Shown: positions 1 through 12,224 of the stretch, one piece after another | How positions within the stretch are numbered: the stretch's first letter is position 1 | How the letters are laid out: every line of letters begins with the position of its first letter | Source of the DNA: Eledone cirrhosa | Lineage: Eukaryota | Direction: 5' to 3' | Length of the DNA stretch: 64,000 bases | NCBI GenBank assembly: GCA_964016885.1 | Contig: OZ024743.1 | Coordinates: 167,276,001 to 167,340,000, forward strand | The notes under the pieces: generated by a model | The model's input: only the letters and a program-made list of their open reading frames with translations | Told to the model about the DNA's origin: nothing | Databases searched by the model: none | Translations under genes and position numbers: made by a program

Positions 1-1428
1 ATTGTCAAAGTTCTTTCGTCACACATTCTGTGACCTCTTCAGTGACTGGGGATTCTTTTCTTTGTTTTTTGTGCCTCTCCTTTGTTCTGTTCTACGCCAT
101 CTTGTTTTTGTGTGTGTGTTGTGTGCTTAGTTTGCGCATGTGTTACATCCGGGTGTCTGTGTGTGTTTATATTCGTTTATTTATTTGTTTATTTACATGT
201 TACTGGTTGGTTGTTTGTTCTATGTGCGTGTGTGTTTTCATTTTGTCCTTAATTGTAAGTTGTGATGTTGCTGTTCCACTCATGTTTTCTATTTAATTTT
301 GGTTGTAATTCATTTATGTTTATTGCCTCTGTGATTTGTTTAAACATTGCATCTTTTCTGTGTGTAGATTCTATTTTTATTTCTATGTTCTCTAATTTAC
401 CCTTATGTTCTATTTTAGCATGTTAGTAGAGTACAGATGATTCTTTACTATCTTGAAGGTCTCGCCAGTGTTCATTTATCCGTTCCCCTATACTACGAGC
501 TGTCTCACCTATGTACACTATATTTTTATCTCTACATTGTCCTTCAGTACATCTTATGCTATATACTACATTTCTAGTTTTACAGTTAATATGGGGGCTT
601 AATTTACAGATTATACATTTCTTATCTATACAGGGAGGTCTTTGAAAAGGGTATGTCTTGCTAATAAGTGTTTTTATGGAGGTTCCTGGTCTTTCTACTA
701 TCTTAATATTGAGTTTATGTTTATCTAGGGCCCTTCTAAATTTGTAAGCTAATTCACCTCTAGGGGTTGTATTGATGAACATTACACTCTGGTATTTATT
801 GCTATCATACCATGAGTTTATTCTATTAGCCTTATTCCTAGTTCTTTCTATTCTATTCCAAAATTTGCTCCTATACAAGGGGCAGGTCCCATTTGTGTCA
901 TTATTTACCATTTTTTCCCATTTGATTCTGGCTCCTCTATACACTCTGTTTTTATCTCTCTGATTGTAACCAGAGAACTGCATACGGTGGATGAAGTGTT
1001 GTATGTGTCTCTCTAGTTCTTCGGGGTTGCACATGCGGGACACGTTTCTCATCACCCGTACCTATCTTCAATCAGTATGTTGATTTGGGGATGGTCTGAA
1101 ACAGCTGAGTTTCGGCGAATCAGATATTTGGAAGTCATGGGTTTGGCATAATGGGAATGGAGGATTTGTTTTTTGTTATTAATGGTATCTAACCAGAGCT
1201 CTGTGTCTAATACAGGTAATCGATGGTTGGGGTGTTTGCTTGGGTAGTCTATAGTAACTCTAATACTCTGGTGGATGGAGTTAGCTATTTGCTGGATGCT
1301 TTCCATTGTGTTTTTCTCTAATTCCTGACTGTTCTCTAGTGGGGGTGTTTTAACTACGATATTTATATCATCAACGTAGCGAGGGTACATTATCAGGGTT
1401 AAGGGGTCTTCTAATTGTTCTTTAAGTT
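1..1428 (-). mobile_element. Penelope-like element remnant (RT C-terminal half, Cys-rich linker, GIY-YIG endonuclease), frameshifted
   Basis: ORF 1052-1390 has RYVDDI and LPVLDT..W..HYAKPM (PLE RT motifs). ORF 423-1055 has PCIDKKCIIC...CKTRNVVYSIRC...YIGETARSIGERINEH (GIY-YIG). Confidence 0.9.
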
Positions 1429-1607
1429 TAAGTTAAAGAACAATTTAACTTAAAGAACAATTAGAAGACCCCTTAACCCTGATAATGTACTCCCGCTACG
1501 TTGATGATATAAACATCGTAGTTAAAACACCCCCCACTAGAGAACAATCAGGAATTAGAGAAAAACACAATGGAAAGCATCCAGCAAATAGCTAACTCCA
1601 TCCACCA
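1269..1607. repeat. Inverted duplication of the PLE 5' end (arms ~160 bp) abutting (TA)n
   Basis: 1269-1428 is the near-perfect reverse complement of 1447-1607 (both encode MYPRYVDDINIVVKTPP...IANSIH); (TA)n follows directly. Confidence 0.9.
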
Positions 1608-1844
1608 TATATATATGTTCTACTATATATATATATATATATATATATATTCTTTTTCTAGGGCGGGTAAAATTCCCGAGATACATGGACGAGTTCTCTC
1701 CAGCGGTCTCTGTCCCTCATTATCGCTGCCATGTCCTGCGTCTCCAACAGATATATACACATATATACACATATATACACATATATACACATATACAAAA
1801 TACATAAACACATACACAAAAAAAAATATATATATATAGTTTTA

Positions 1845-3840
1845 ATATGGATAAGATTCTACAGGACTAAAACTGTTTCATTCTTTAGAAATCATCAGGA
1901 ATCTGGGTATCAAAAAATAAATATGGTATTTATAGGCCTTTTCAGGTGCTAGGAGAGGGTAGAGGTCATTGGTTGATAGAAAAGGGAATCCATTAAAAGC
2001 TAATTCTTTAAAGCTATAATTTATATTTAGAGTAAAAGAAATCGCCAAGTCCATTAAATTACATGACCGAACCGAAGGACCCTGAAGGACCACAAGAGAA
2101 ACTTCCTCAACAAACCATCAGTCAGACTTATCAACCCCACTCGTTCAGACATCGGCTCTATCAGTAAGAAGATCCTAGATAGAGTTCTACCATCATTGCG
2201 GGTTACCTCACCACTCCCACTCTGGAGCAGAACATCTGAGGCAATATCCTGGTTCCAAGAATTACCCGACAAACGCCACACTCGCTTCCTGCAACTCGAC
2301 ATAGAAAACTACTATGCTTCTATCTCGGAGCCCCTCCTGAAGGACGCAATTACTTTTGCCAGGAATTTTACTACCATTACCGATGCTGAGCAAGATGTTA
2401 TCCTCCACGCCCGTAAGACCTTTCTATACCACGATGGATCTTACTGGATCAACAAGAAGTCTCAGACCCCATTTGACGTCAGCATGGGAGCGAGTGACTC
2501 GGCTGAAATTAGCGACCTTGTGGGCTTGTACATTTTTCATCACCTGAAGAACCTCTTTACCGGCCTAACCGGAGGTTTATACCGAGACGACGGCCTCTTC
2601 TCCCTGCACAAGGTTAACCCCAGAACCACCGATGGGTTTCGGAGAAACTTAAGCTCGTTCTTCTCTAATCTAGGATTTAGTATAACTATAGAATCTAATA
2701 TGACTAGGGCCAACTTCTTAGATGTCACTCTCGACCTAGATACTTCCCTCTATTACCTGTACCACAAACCTAACGAGTCCCTTAGATATATTAATGTTAA
2801 TTCTAACCCACCCCAAAAAATGTCACTGATATCTTAGTAAAAAGCGTCTCTATTAGAATCTCTGGGCCTTCTGCCAACGAAGATATTTTTAACACCTCTG
2901 CCTCCTACTACAATGACGCCCTCGCCCGCAGCGGATTTAAAGAAATGATAACCTACCTAGAAACCACCGCAAGATTGCAGAGGAGGAATAGGCAGAGGCA
3001 GATTAGCTGGTACAACCCTACCTTCAATAGAGAGGTCTCTACACCGATAACTAGGATTTTCTTCACTTTGCTGAAAACACACTTCCCCATACAACATAGG
3101 TATTACACTATCTTTATTAAGAACACAATAAGACTCTCCTACTCCACCACACCTAACCTAGCTAGGAATATAGCCAACCACAATTCTAAAAAATTAAATA
3201 AGCCAACCACCTCCGAACCCAATCCCCGGACTGGGGCCTTGTGTAATTGCCTAAATAAGGAAGCCTGCCCACTTGAAAACAAATGACTGGCAAATGACAT
3301 CGTATACAAATGCGATGTCATCTCAGGCACCGATGATTGCAATAACAAAAAGACTTACATCGGCATGACTTCCAATAACTTTAAGACCCGTTGGTATGCT
3401 CATACCCACTCCTTCAGAAGACCGGACAAATCAAACCAGACAACACTCGCCTCCTATGTTTGGGACCTCAAAAGGAACTCCACCCCTTCACGCTTAAATG
3501 GCAAATACTCCAGAAGCGCGCTCTTACAACGGAGGACACAAGGGCTGCAATCTTTGTATCTCAGAGAGCTATGAAATTTTATTCGCCAAGGGCCCGCTAC
3601 TGAACAAACTCTCTGAATACTGCCCGAATTGCATGCACAAGAACTTTGCAACTTTCAAATAACTTAAGCCAGTGTTAATGCCCGATGGCTAAAAACGACT
3701 TCCCTCTTTTAGCCCCTCTACCTTCTTCCCACCTCACCCTCACCTCTCCTCAAACTGAAATACGGCCACTATGGTTATGTGAGTTCCTCTTACCTATCTG
3801 CCTGTAGAGCTGTTTTTATGTGCCTGTGTATATTTATGAG
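1845..3840 (+). mobile_element. Penelope-like element, 5'-truncated and disabled (RT + GIY-YIG)
   Basis: [60 protein letters not shown]; then CNC..CPL..IVYKC...TYIGMTSNNFKTRW and CNLC. Frameshift near 2815, in-frame TGA at 3284. Confidence 0.92.
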
Positions 3841-3849
3841 TACTTATTT

Positions 3850-3934
3850 GTATATATATATATATATATATGTATATGTGTGTATATGTATGTATGTATA
3901 TGTGTGTATATGTATGTATATATGTGTATATATA

Positions 3935-4025
<91 letters not shown>

Positions 4026-4056
4026 ATGTATATATATATATATATATATATGTGTG

Positions 4057-4092
<36 letters not shown>

Positions 4093-4166
4093 TGTATATA
4101 TGTGTATATATGGGTGTATGTGTGTATATATGTATTTATGTATATATATGTGTATGTATGTGTGTA

Positions 4167-4258
<92 letters not shown>

Positions 4259-4492
4259 AGTATATGTATATGTATGTATATGTGTATGTGTATATGTATG
4301 TATGTATATATGTATATATCTGTGTATGTATTTATTTATTTTTATATATATATATTTATATATATATATATATGTGTGTGTGTATATATATATATGTATA
4401 TATATTTTTATGTATATATGTATGTATGTGTATGTTTGTGTATATATGTGTGTATATATATGTATATATGTGTATGTATATGTGTATATGTG

Positions 4493-4523
<31 letters not shown>

Positions 4524-4622
4524 GTATATATGCATACGTGTATATATGTATGTATGTGTGTATGTCTGTGTTTGTATATATATATGTATATATATACACA
4601 TATATATATATATATATGTATA

Positions 4623-4654
<32 letters not shown>

Positions 4655-4655
4655 A
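3850..4655. repeat. Compound (TA)n/(TG)n microsatellite
   Basis: Direct reading. Confidence 0.98.
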
Positions 4656-4940
4656 TACTATAGAGTAAAGCATGTCCAGAGAATTATTTGATAATATATA
4701 TACATCATCTCTACTCCCAATCAGCATAATTAACCACACAAAAAATCAATTAGACCAGGCTATAAGAATAAAAGGCATCTATGAAGAAACAGTAAATAAA
4801 TACGCTATTGTGGCGTCTTCGCGTGCCATCGCTACGTGCAACAACACTTGGAAATTAATTAAATATACGGTCAACCACACATAATTAGGTAAAAATTAAT
4901 GTTAGAAATGCTTATATACATACCAGGATTAAATCACTAA

Positions 4941-5018
4941 ATCCCGACCCTAGGGTTTCGCTCACTTTTGAGATACCTTATTAAGGTTCATACTCGAGTT
5001 TAGAGCTCTTCAGGGGAT
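4941..5018 (-). ncRNA. Type-I hammerhead ribozyme within a pLTR-like segment (~4656-5260)
   Basis: Minus strand reads ATCCC CTGAAGA GCTC...GAGC GAAA CCCTAGGG TC GGGAT: intact core, stems I and II, palindromic stem III, GUC triplet. Confidence 0.85.
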
Positions 5019-5294
5019 AAACTCGCTAGGACATATTATTTTCCGAAGTGGCGCCCGCCAAACACGAATTCAAAATGGTTGAGAACTGTGACGTGGCAGT
5101 GGTCAAGTCAGGAAGGGTGTGATTGGTTGCTTACGGCGAGTGGGTTGGTTGCTAGAAAGCGCAGCCCAATATCACCCAACTTTTTATCTCAGCCTTATGG
5201 GAGATTATTAAATAAAAATATAAATAAATATTTATTTATATTTAATAATCTCATACAGCTATGAGCTTTTCATCCTCAGTGTATACTGATTAAT

Positions 5295-5481
5295 TGTTTC
5301 TACTTCTGGCACAAGGCCAGCAAATTACCCAGTGCATTACTGGTACTTTATTTTATCGACCCCGTAAGGATGAAAGGCAAAGTTAGCCTCGGCGGGATTT
5401 GAACTCAGATTGGAAAGGGCTGTAACTCTATGCATCATAGCATGGCGTCCGACCCTCTACCGATACTGCCAATCCACCACT
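5295..5481 (-). mobile_element. tRNA-derived SINE with Meta-domain-like core
   Basis: Minus strand has B-box GAGTTCAAATCCC, then GCCTTTCATCCTTACGGGGTCGATAAAATAAAGTACCAGT. Flanked by direct repeat TCAGTGTATACTGATTAAT (5276-5294 / 5482-5500), a TSD. Confidence 0.8.
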
Positions 5482-5690
5482 TCAGTGTATACTGATTAAT
5501 GTTCAGAGATCGGTATGGAAGTCGGACCTTGGTGAAGACCTGAAGATCCGCTTCTTCATTGCTGTAGTGGAGTCTGTGCTGCTGTCCGGGTCTGAGACTT
5601 GGAGACCGACCAAGAAACTCACTCAGATGGTGGATGGGTGCTACACGAGAATGCTGAGGATGGCTCTGAACATTAATCAGTATACCTGAG
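5482..5690 (+). mobile_element. Fragment of a second non-LTR retrotransposon family (post-RT region)
   Basis: Translates as WKSDLGEDLKIRFFIAVVESVLLSGSETW...DGCYTRMLRMALNI. Confidence 0.7.
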
Positions 5691-5691
5691 A

Positions 5692-6393
5692 GTGAACATA
5701 GCCAAAACAGAAGTGTTGATAAGTAGAAGAGAAGACTATACTCTGATTCCATCAGGGAAATGGCCATGTTCGATATGTAGGAAAGGAACTGGCATAAATT
5801 CCATAAAATGTACGCAATGCAGATCTTGGGTACACAAGAGATATAGTGGGATAGCAGGCAAACTAACAGGTAGGGAAAACTACGTATGCAGTAGATGTAC
5901 AGGGAAAGTTGGCAGTAGTAATCGCTGTGATAGACTCATTTTTCCAATGCAGGTGGGTTCTATAGAAGTGGTTGATAGCTTCCGGTACCTAGGTGATCAG
6001 ATTAGCATGGGAGGGGGTGTTCCGAGGCCATATTATCTAGAATAAGGACGAGTTGGAAGAAGTTTAGGGAGCTGCTTCCTCTGCTGACGAAGAAGGGTTT
6101 CTCCCTGCATACGAAAGGGTGGGTATATGATGCCTGTGTGAGATGCGAGATGCTGCATGGTAGTGAGACATGGGCAGCAACTGCACAGGATATGCGACGG
6201 TGGGAGAGAAATGAAGCAAGTATTCTCCGTTGGATGTGCAATATCAATGTACGTGAACGACCAAGCATAGACGAGTTGAGAAAGAAACTGGGTATAAGAG
6301 GGATAAGTTGTGGTGTGCAGGAGAGAAGGCTGAGATGGTATGGACATGTGATGAGCATTGAGGATGACCGATGGGTGAAGAAATTCCAGGAAT
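5692..6393 (+). mobile_element. RTE-PHD LINE fragment (subfamily B)
   Basis: KWPCSICRKG..CTQC..WVHKR..CSRC, then [22 protein letters not shown]. Confidence 0.9.
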
Positions 6394-6860
6394 AGCTGTC
6401 AACATCAAAGGGCAAATTCCTTCGCCAACAGAATATTCGACCCAACATAGTCATCTAATCTCACTTTTACATATAGCTAACATGTTAAATATTTAACCCA
6501 GACTTGTGATAATTATAAGTTACCTCCCTACACTGTCTCACTTAAGCTCATTAGCACTTCTTAGCTATAAATCACCTACAATTTCTAAATTCTCAAGGAG
6601 TTACTTCCCTTGAAACCCGTCTCTAATTAATAAGGTAAATGTTCTTAAGTGGCCATTTTGTTACGCATTAGCAGATCTCGCTTAATGCAACCTCGACAGA
6701 AAAATAATGCTTGCCTATAGCAGACAATAGATAGATCCAGGACACCGTCTTGAAATACCAATATATGGAACATTACATTCATGTAACCATCTTTCTTTAC
6801 TTTACTTTATATTCCTTATTCCATCGTATCTTTATCAATATTTTCATTATCTCTTTTGAA

Positions 6861-6982
6861 GTTCTGAAGAGCCGCTCCATAATTTTTACCTAAGTTACTT
6901 ATCTTCATCTGAACCAGATCAATAATGATCTATAATTAATTGATCCAGAAACATTATATGGAGTAGCGAAACAATTGTAAAC
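6861..6982 (+). ncRNA. Type-I hammerhead ribozyme with long stem II, within a pLTR-like segment (~6395-7275)
   Basis: GTT CTGAAGA GCCGCTCCATAAT...ATTATATGGAGTAGC GAAA CAATTG TA AAC: core intact, palindromic stem III, GUA triplet, short stem I. Confidence 0.72.
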
Positions 6983-7277
6983 GGACATTATTATTATTAT
7001 TATTCCTTACATTCCTTACATTAAACTACAACTATGTTGACACTCTTTAAATAACGTCTTCCTTGTGAAACTTGTGGTCTTGTTTTGCTTAACTAATGAA
7101 TATTTCCAGCTCTGTGCACCTAACCTCTGCATGAACCCAGCCATCTAACTGCCTTCCACCGCATATTGCACATTGAACACATGCCTTTACGGTGTTGGCT
7201 TCTAACAAATTCACCAATCTCTCTTTCCTCTCCTATCTTCATCTCTCTCTTTAAGATTGGTTTACTCTTGAACCGTG

Positions 7278-8238
7278 TATCATCATCATCATCATCATCA
7301 TCGTTTAACGTCCATCTTCCACGCTAGCATGGGTCTGGACGGGAATTGTCCCACTTGAGGCAAGATTAGTTGTCTTACTCAGGACTGTCTGGCGGGTTTT
7401 ATACGGCTGGATGCCCTTCCTAACACCAACCACATTTACAGTGTGGACTGGGAGGTTTTAAAGCGTGGACTGTGTTTTTTTTTGTCTTGGCACCTACACG
7501 ACCTCATTTATTTAGGACTGGATGTTGTGGTACCAACATAACTTTACATCGAAAGGGGTGGTGTAGATGGGGGGGGTAGTGGGGGGGGGGGGTGTATTTT
7601 GGTTAAGAGGTGCCTACTGACTGTAGATTTCGCTTTGTACTTAGGCAAGGCGGGTCTTCTGTATTACTGCGTGCGCCAAAGATCTCGGTCCAGTGACATT
7701 GTCTTGGAGAGGTGTAAGTGTGTGAGGTCGGAATTTATCAAGTTGTCCCAGGTTTTTCTGGATCTACCTACTCCGTAGGTACCGTCTATTTTGATCCCCC
7801 TGCACTTTTTTATACAGCTGTCGTCTTTCATGCGCATCACGTGACCATACTAACGTAGTCTTCTCTCGAGTAAACAGCATCTGATCCCTCTTATTCCTAA
7901 TTTCTCACTTAGTTCATTTATGCGAACGGCAGTTCACGTATATTACTATTACACATCTAACGGAGCATGCAAGCTTCGTTCCTCTCCAGTCTGCGTAGAT
8001 CCTCTGCACACGAGGCACATGTCTCACTGCCATGTAACATCGCTGTTCGTATGCAGGCATCATACAGCCTGCCTTTCATTTTTAGAGAGAAACCTTTAGC
8101 GGCCAATAGTGGTATAAGCTCTCTGAACTTTTTCCCAAGTAACGGAAGGTGTCCACTATTTCTATAGAACCATCTGGGCAATGGAATGAGCTAGTATTCT
8201 GTGGGCATTTGCTGCTACTTATTGCACCTGAGCACCGG
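7278..8238 (-). mobile_element. RTE-PHD LINE 3' fragment with (GAT)n tail
   Basis: [28 protein letters not shown]; shared 3'UTR; (CAT)n at 7278-7302 on +. Confidence 0.9.
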
Positions 8239-8264
8239 CCACATATAAAATCTCTCTCTATATA

Positions 8265-8314
<50 letters not shown>

Positions 8315-8365
8315 TATATATATATATATATATATATATGATATATATATATATATGTAATATAA

Positions 8366-9003
8366 AAATATATATTCAGCGAGAATCGTATTTCGGCTGG
8401 TTGAAAAAGCGAAACGAAACGCAAAATCGTAGAAATGCTGGCAAGCGCTCCAATAGTTAAGAAAACTAGAGCTAAACAATATGTTAAAATGCCATACAAA
8501 CTGAAAAAGTGGTCAAGAAGGCATTAACCACCTAAGCCAAAAAACAAGCCAAACTAAACAGCGCAAACAAAATAAATGATATAAACAGACCTGGACCCAA
8601 ATGGAATTGATGGTAAAATCCAAATGCAAGGTTTCTATGACACCTAAATCAATAATACTGCCTGCTTAAAACTATAAACTTTCAGCATAAAGATCGAACG
8701 AGGAATATCACGTTATCAACAGGTATTTTGCTCTTTAACCAACTTCGTAAGTGACGCAGAACTTTGTAAAGGCACATGCGTAAGTCACGAGGGGAAAATT
8801 CCCCAGATTTTGGTAAATGAATTCAGTATGTGTATATCATACAAAAAATTGCATAGATAGCACAAATCGAATAAGCACTCAACCGGGTAGTTTTAAAAAT
8901 AAACTTATGCAATTAATCTGTCAATAGAATTATTAACAGGTTAATTGTAAGACTCGGGAGATTAATATAAATATATATTCAGCAAGAATCGTACTTCGGC
9001 TGG
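8366..9003. repeat. Non-coding element with ~35-bp terminal direct repeats between two (TA)n tracts (pLTR-like partial tandem)
   Basis: AAATATATATTCAGCRAGAATCGTAYTTCGGCTGG at ~8366-8400 and ~8969-9003. Confidence 0.5.
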
Positions 9004-9007
9004 TATG

Positions 9008-9086
<79 letters not shown>

Positions 9087-9100
9087 TTTATATATGAAAT

Positions 9101-9257
9101 ATAGGAAAAAGTATGACCCCGACGGCAGAGCTCAAGCCGTTTCGACGGCTATTTCTGGACTAAATTAGAATTTAAAAAAAAAAAAAATTCTAATTTAGTC
9201 CAGAAATAGCCGTCGAAACGGCTTGAGCTCTGCTGTCGGGGTCATACTTTTTCCTAT
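9101..9257. repeat. Fold-back inverted repeat (~70-bp arms, poly-A spacer) containing the 3' half of a hammerhead
   Basis: Arms are reverse complements; the right arm contains GTC GAAA CGGC...GCTG TC GGGG. Confidence 0.85.
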
Positions 9258-9407
9258 TTACCACTCTACTACCCTAAGTATTGAGTACTCTGGTGCGTTA
9301 TGGTCCATCTGGTTCCTTACCACAATTCCTCTGTTATATGATATATATATATATGTGATATATATATATGTATATATATATATATCTAACTGTAGTGCTC
9401 CCCTGAT

Positions 9408-9439
<32 letters not shown>

Positions 9440-9445
<6 letters not shown>

Positions 9446-12164
9446 ATCAGGGGAGCACTACAGTTAGATAGATTTTATCCTTACCAGAAGATAAGACAGA
9501 GTGTCTGTTGTAAACACTTAATCTTTCCCTAGTGAAGAATGCACCTCCCAACAGCATAATTGTAGTGACTTCATAGTCAGGACCATACAAGCTCGACGAC
9601 AGAGGACAACCTTGAGGAGAAAAATGTGGAAGTTGAAGGACCCCACAGCAAGTAACAAATTTAAAGGCTTATTACTTGATGCTTTTGACAGTAAGGAAGA
9701 GCAATTAGAGACGTACAATATAGAGGAGCAGTGGGAATTCCGGAAAGATAACCTGCTGAAGGCCACAGATGAAATCTGTGGCTGGAGCAAACCTTTGGCG
9801 AGGAGGATAGTGACTTGGTGGTGGAACAGTAGGGTGGAGGAGACAATTAAGGCCAAAAGACGGGCTTGGAAAGAATGGCTGGATGGGAGAAGTAGAGAAG
9901 ACTATCAGGGGTCTAAGAGAGAAGCTAGGTGACAAGTGTACTTTGCAAGAAGAGAAACAGGTGATAGAAAGTTCAAGCATGTTCTACAATGTGAAAACCA
10001 AAAACGTGAGGTGTTCAGGATCGCAAGGCAATGTGTCAAGGAAAACTCTGATATTGTCTGGGAGAAGTGCGTCTGTAATGATAATGGTGTAATTGCCCTC
10101 ACTGACGCTGATAAGAAGGTAGCTTGGAAGTGCCACTATGAGAGACAATTGAATGAGGAGAATGAATGGGATAAAGATAGTTTGCCCCAAGTTGATCTAA
10201 CAGAGGGACCAGCTGTGTAAGTTAGTGGTAGTATAATAAGTAAGGCAATGAAAGATATGAAGACAGGCAAGGCAGCTGGGCCTTCGGGGATAGTTGCTGA
10301 GATGTTGAAAGCATCTGGAATGGTGGGACATACTATGGTCACCTGGATAATAAACTAAGTAATACAGAATGGGGTCATACCAAATGATTGTCATAGCCGC
10401 GGCATCGTTACCTCCTACAAGGGCAAAGGAGACGCTCTAGACAGAGAAAACTGTAGAGGCATTAAGTTAGTTGACCAGGTCATGAAGGTCACAGAAAGAA
10501 TAATCGCACAGCTGATTAGGGACTGAATTAACTTCCAAGAAATGCAGTTTGGGTTTGTGCCATGTAAAAGTACCACTGATGCTCTCTTCCTCGTAAAGCA
10601 ACTACAGAAGTACCTAGCTAAAAGTAAACCCTCTACCTAGCTTTTGTTGACTGGGAGAAAGCCTTTGACAGAGTACCCCGCTCTATTATCTGGTGGACTC
10701 TTAGAAAACTAGGAGTAGATGAATGGTTTGTGAGAGCTATACAAGCCATGTATTGAGGAACAGCCAGCAAGGTTAGAATTAACAATGAATATAGTGAATA
10801 ATTTAGCGTAAAAGTAGGTGCCCACCAAGGCTCAGTCCTTCACTCCCTCCTGTTTAATATTGCCCTACACGTATAACAGAATAGTTTAAGACTGGCTGTC
10901 CGTGGGAACTTCTATGTGCAGATGATCTAACTCTCACAGCTGCATCCAAGGCAGAACGAGAGAAGAAATTCCAAACCTGGAAGCATGGCCTAGAATCAAA
11001 TAGCCTTAAAGTTCTAGTGTATGTAGGAAAGGAAAATAGGGCACTTGTTCCCTCTGGGAAAATGGCCATGTTCAGTGTGTAGGAAAGGAGTAGGTAAAAA
11101 TTCCATTCTATGTCCCAAATGCAAGCTATGGGTACATAAAGGATGTAGTGGGATCACAGACAGGCTATCAAAGAATATAGGTTTTAAATGTGGCCGATGC
11201 TCAGGTGTAGTAAGTAGCAAGTACCCACTGGATACTAGCCCCTTCAACTGCCCAGATGGTTCTATAGAAATAGTAGACACTTTCCTGGGTGACAAAATCA
11301 GTAGTGGAGGAGGGTGTTCTGAAAGTACAGTAGCCAGAGTAAAAATAGGATGGAAGCAGTTCAAACAGCTAATACCGCTGTTGGGCACAAAAGGTTTCTC
11401 TCTAAAAATGAAAGGCAGATTGTATGATGCTTGTATACGAACAGCGATGTTACATGGTAGTGAGATAAAGCGTAAATGAACTAAATGAGAACTTAGGCAT
11501 AAGAGGGATCAGTTCTTGCATGCAGGAGAGGAGAATGTGTTGGTATGGTCATGTCATACATATGAAGGACGAGACGACAGCTGTATAAAAGTGCAGGGTG
11601 ATCAAAATTGATTGAAGCTACGGAGTGGCTTGACCCAGAAAGTCCTGGGACGAAGTGGTAAAAGCTGACCTTGCATACTTGCACCTCTCTAAGACAATGA
11701 TGTGGGATCAAGGTCTTTGGTGCTATGAAGACCCGCCTTGCCTTGCGCATGGACTTAAACTTACACAGTAAGCACCTCTTAATCCAATATACACCCCACA
11801 TCCCTCCAAACCCTTCCACATCCCTTCCACATCCGCCCACACCACCCTTACTCTGTAAAGTTATGTTGGTATCACAAAACATACAGCCCATACTGTAAAG
11901 TGATCGTGTAGGTGTCACAACAAAAAGCATTCAGCCCACACTGTAAAGTGGTCGTGTAGGAGACACGGCAACAAGCACCCAGCACACACTGTAAATGTGG
12001 TTGGCGTTGGGAAGAGCATCCAGCCGTAGAAAACTAGCCAGAAACAGTTCTATATGAGCGAGACATGGTCACCCGACGCCACTTGCCTCAAATGGGACAA
12101 ACCCATCTAACCCATGCTAACGTGGAAAGTAGACGTTAAACGATGATGATGATGATGATGATGA

Positions 12165-12168
<4 letters not shown>
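9440..12168 (+). mobile_element. RTE-PHD LINE, 5'-truncated and degenerate
   Basis: End of APE domain, WWWN, RT motifs with many stops, PHD insert (11045-11200), 3'UTR with ~49-bp repeats, (GAT)n tail followed by (TA)n. Confidence 0.93.
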
Positions 12169-12222
<54 letters not shown>

Positions 12223-12224
<2 letters not shown>

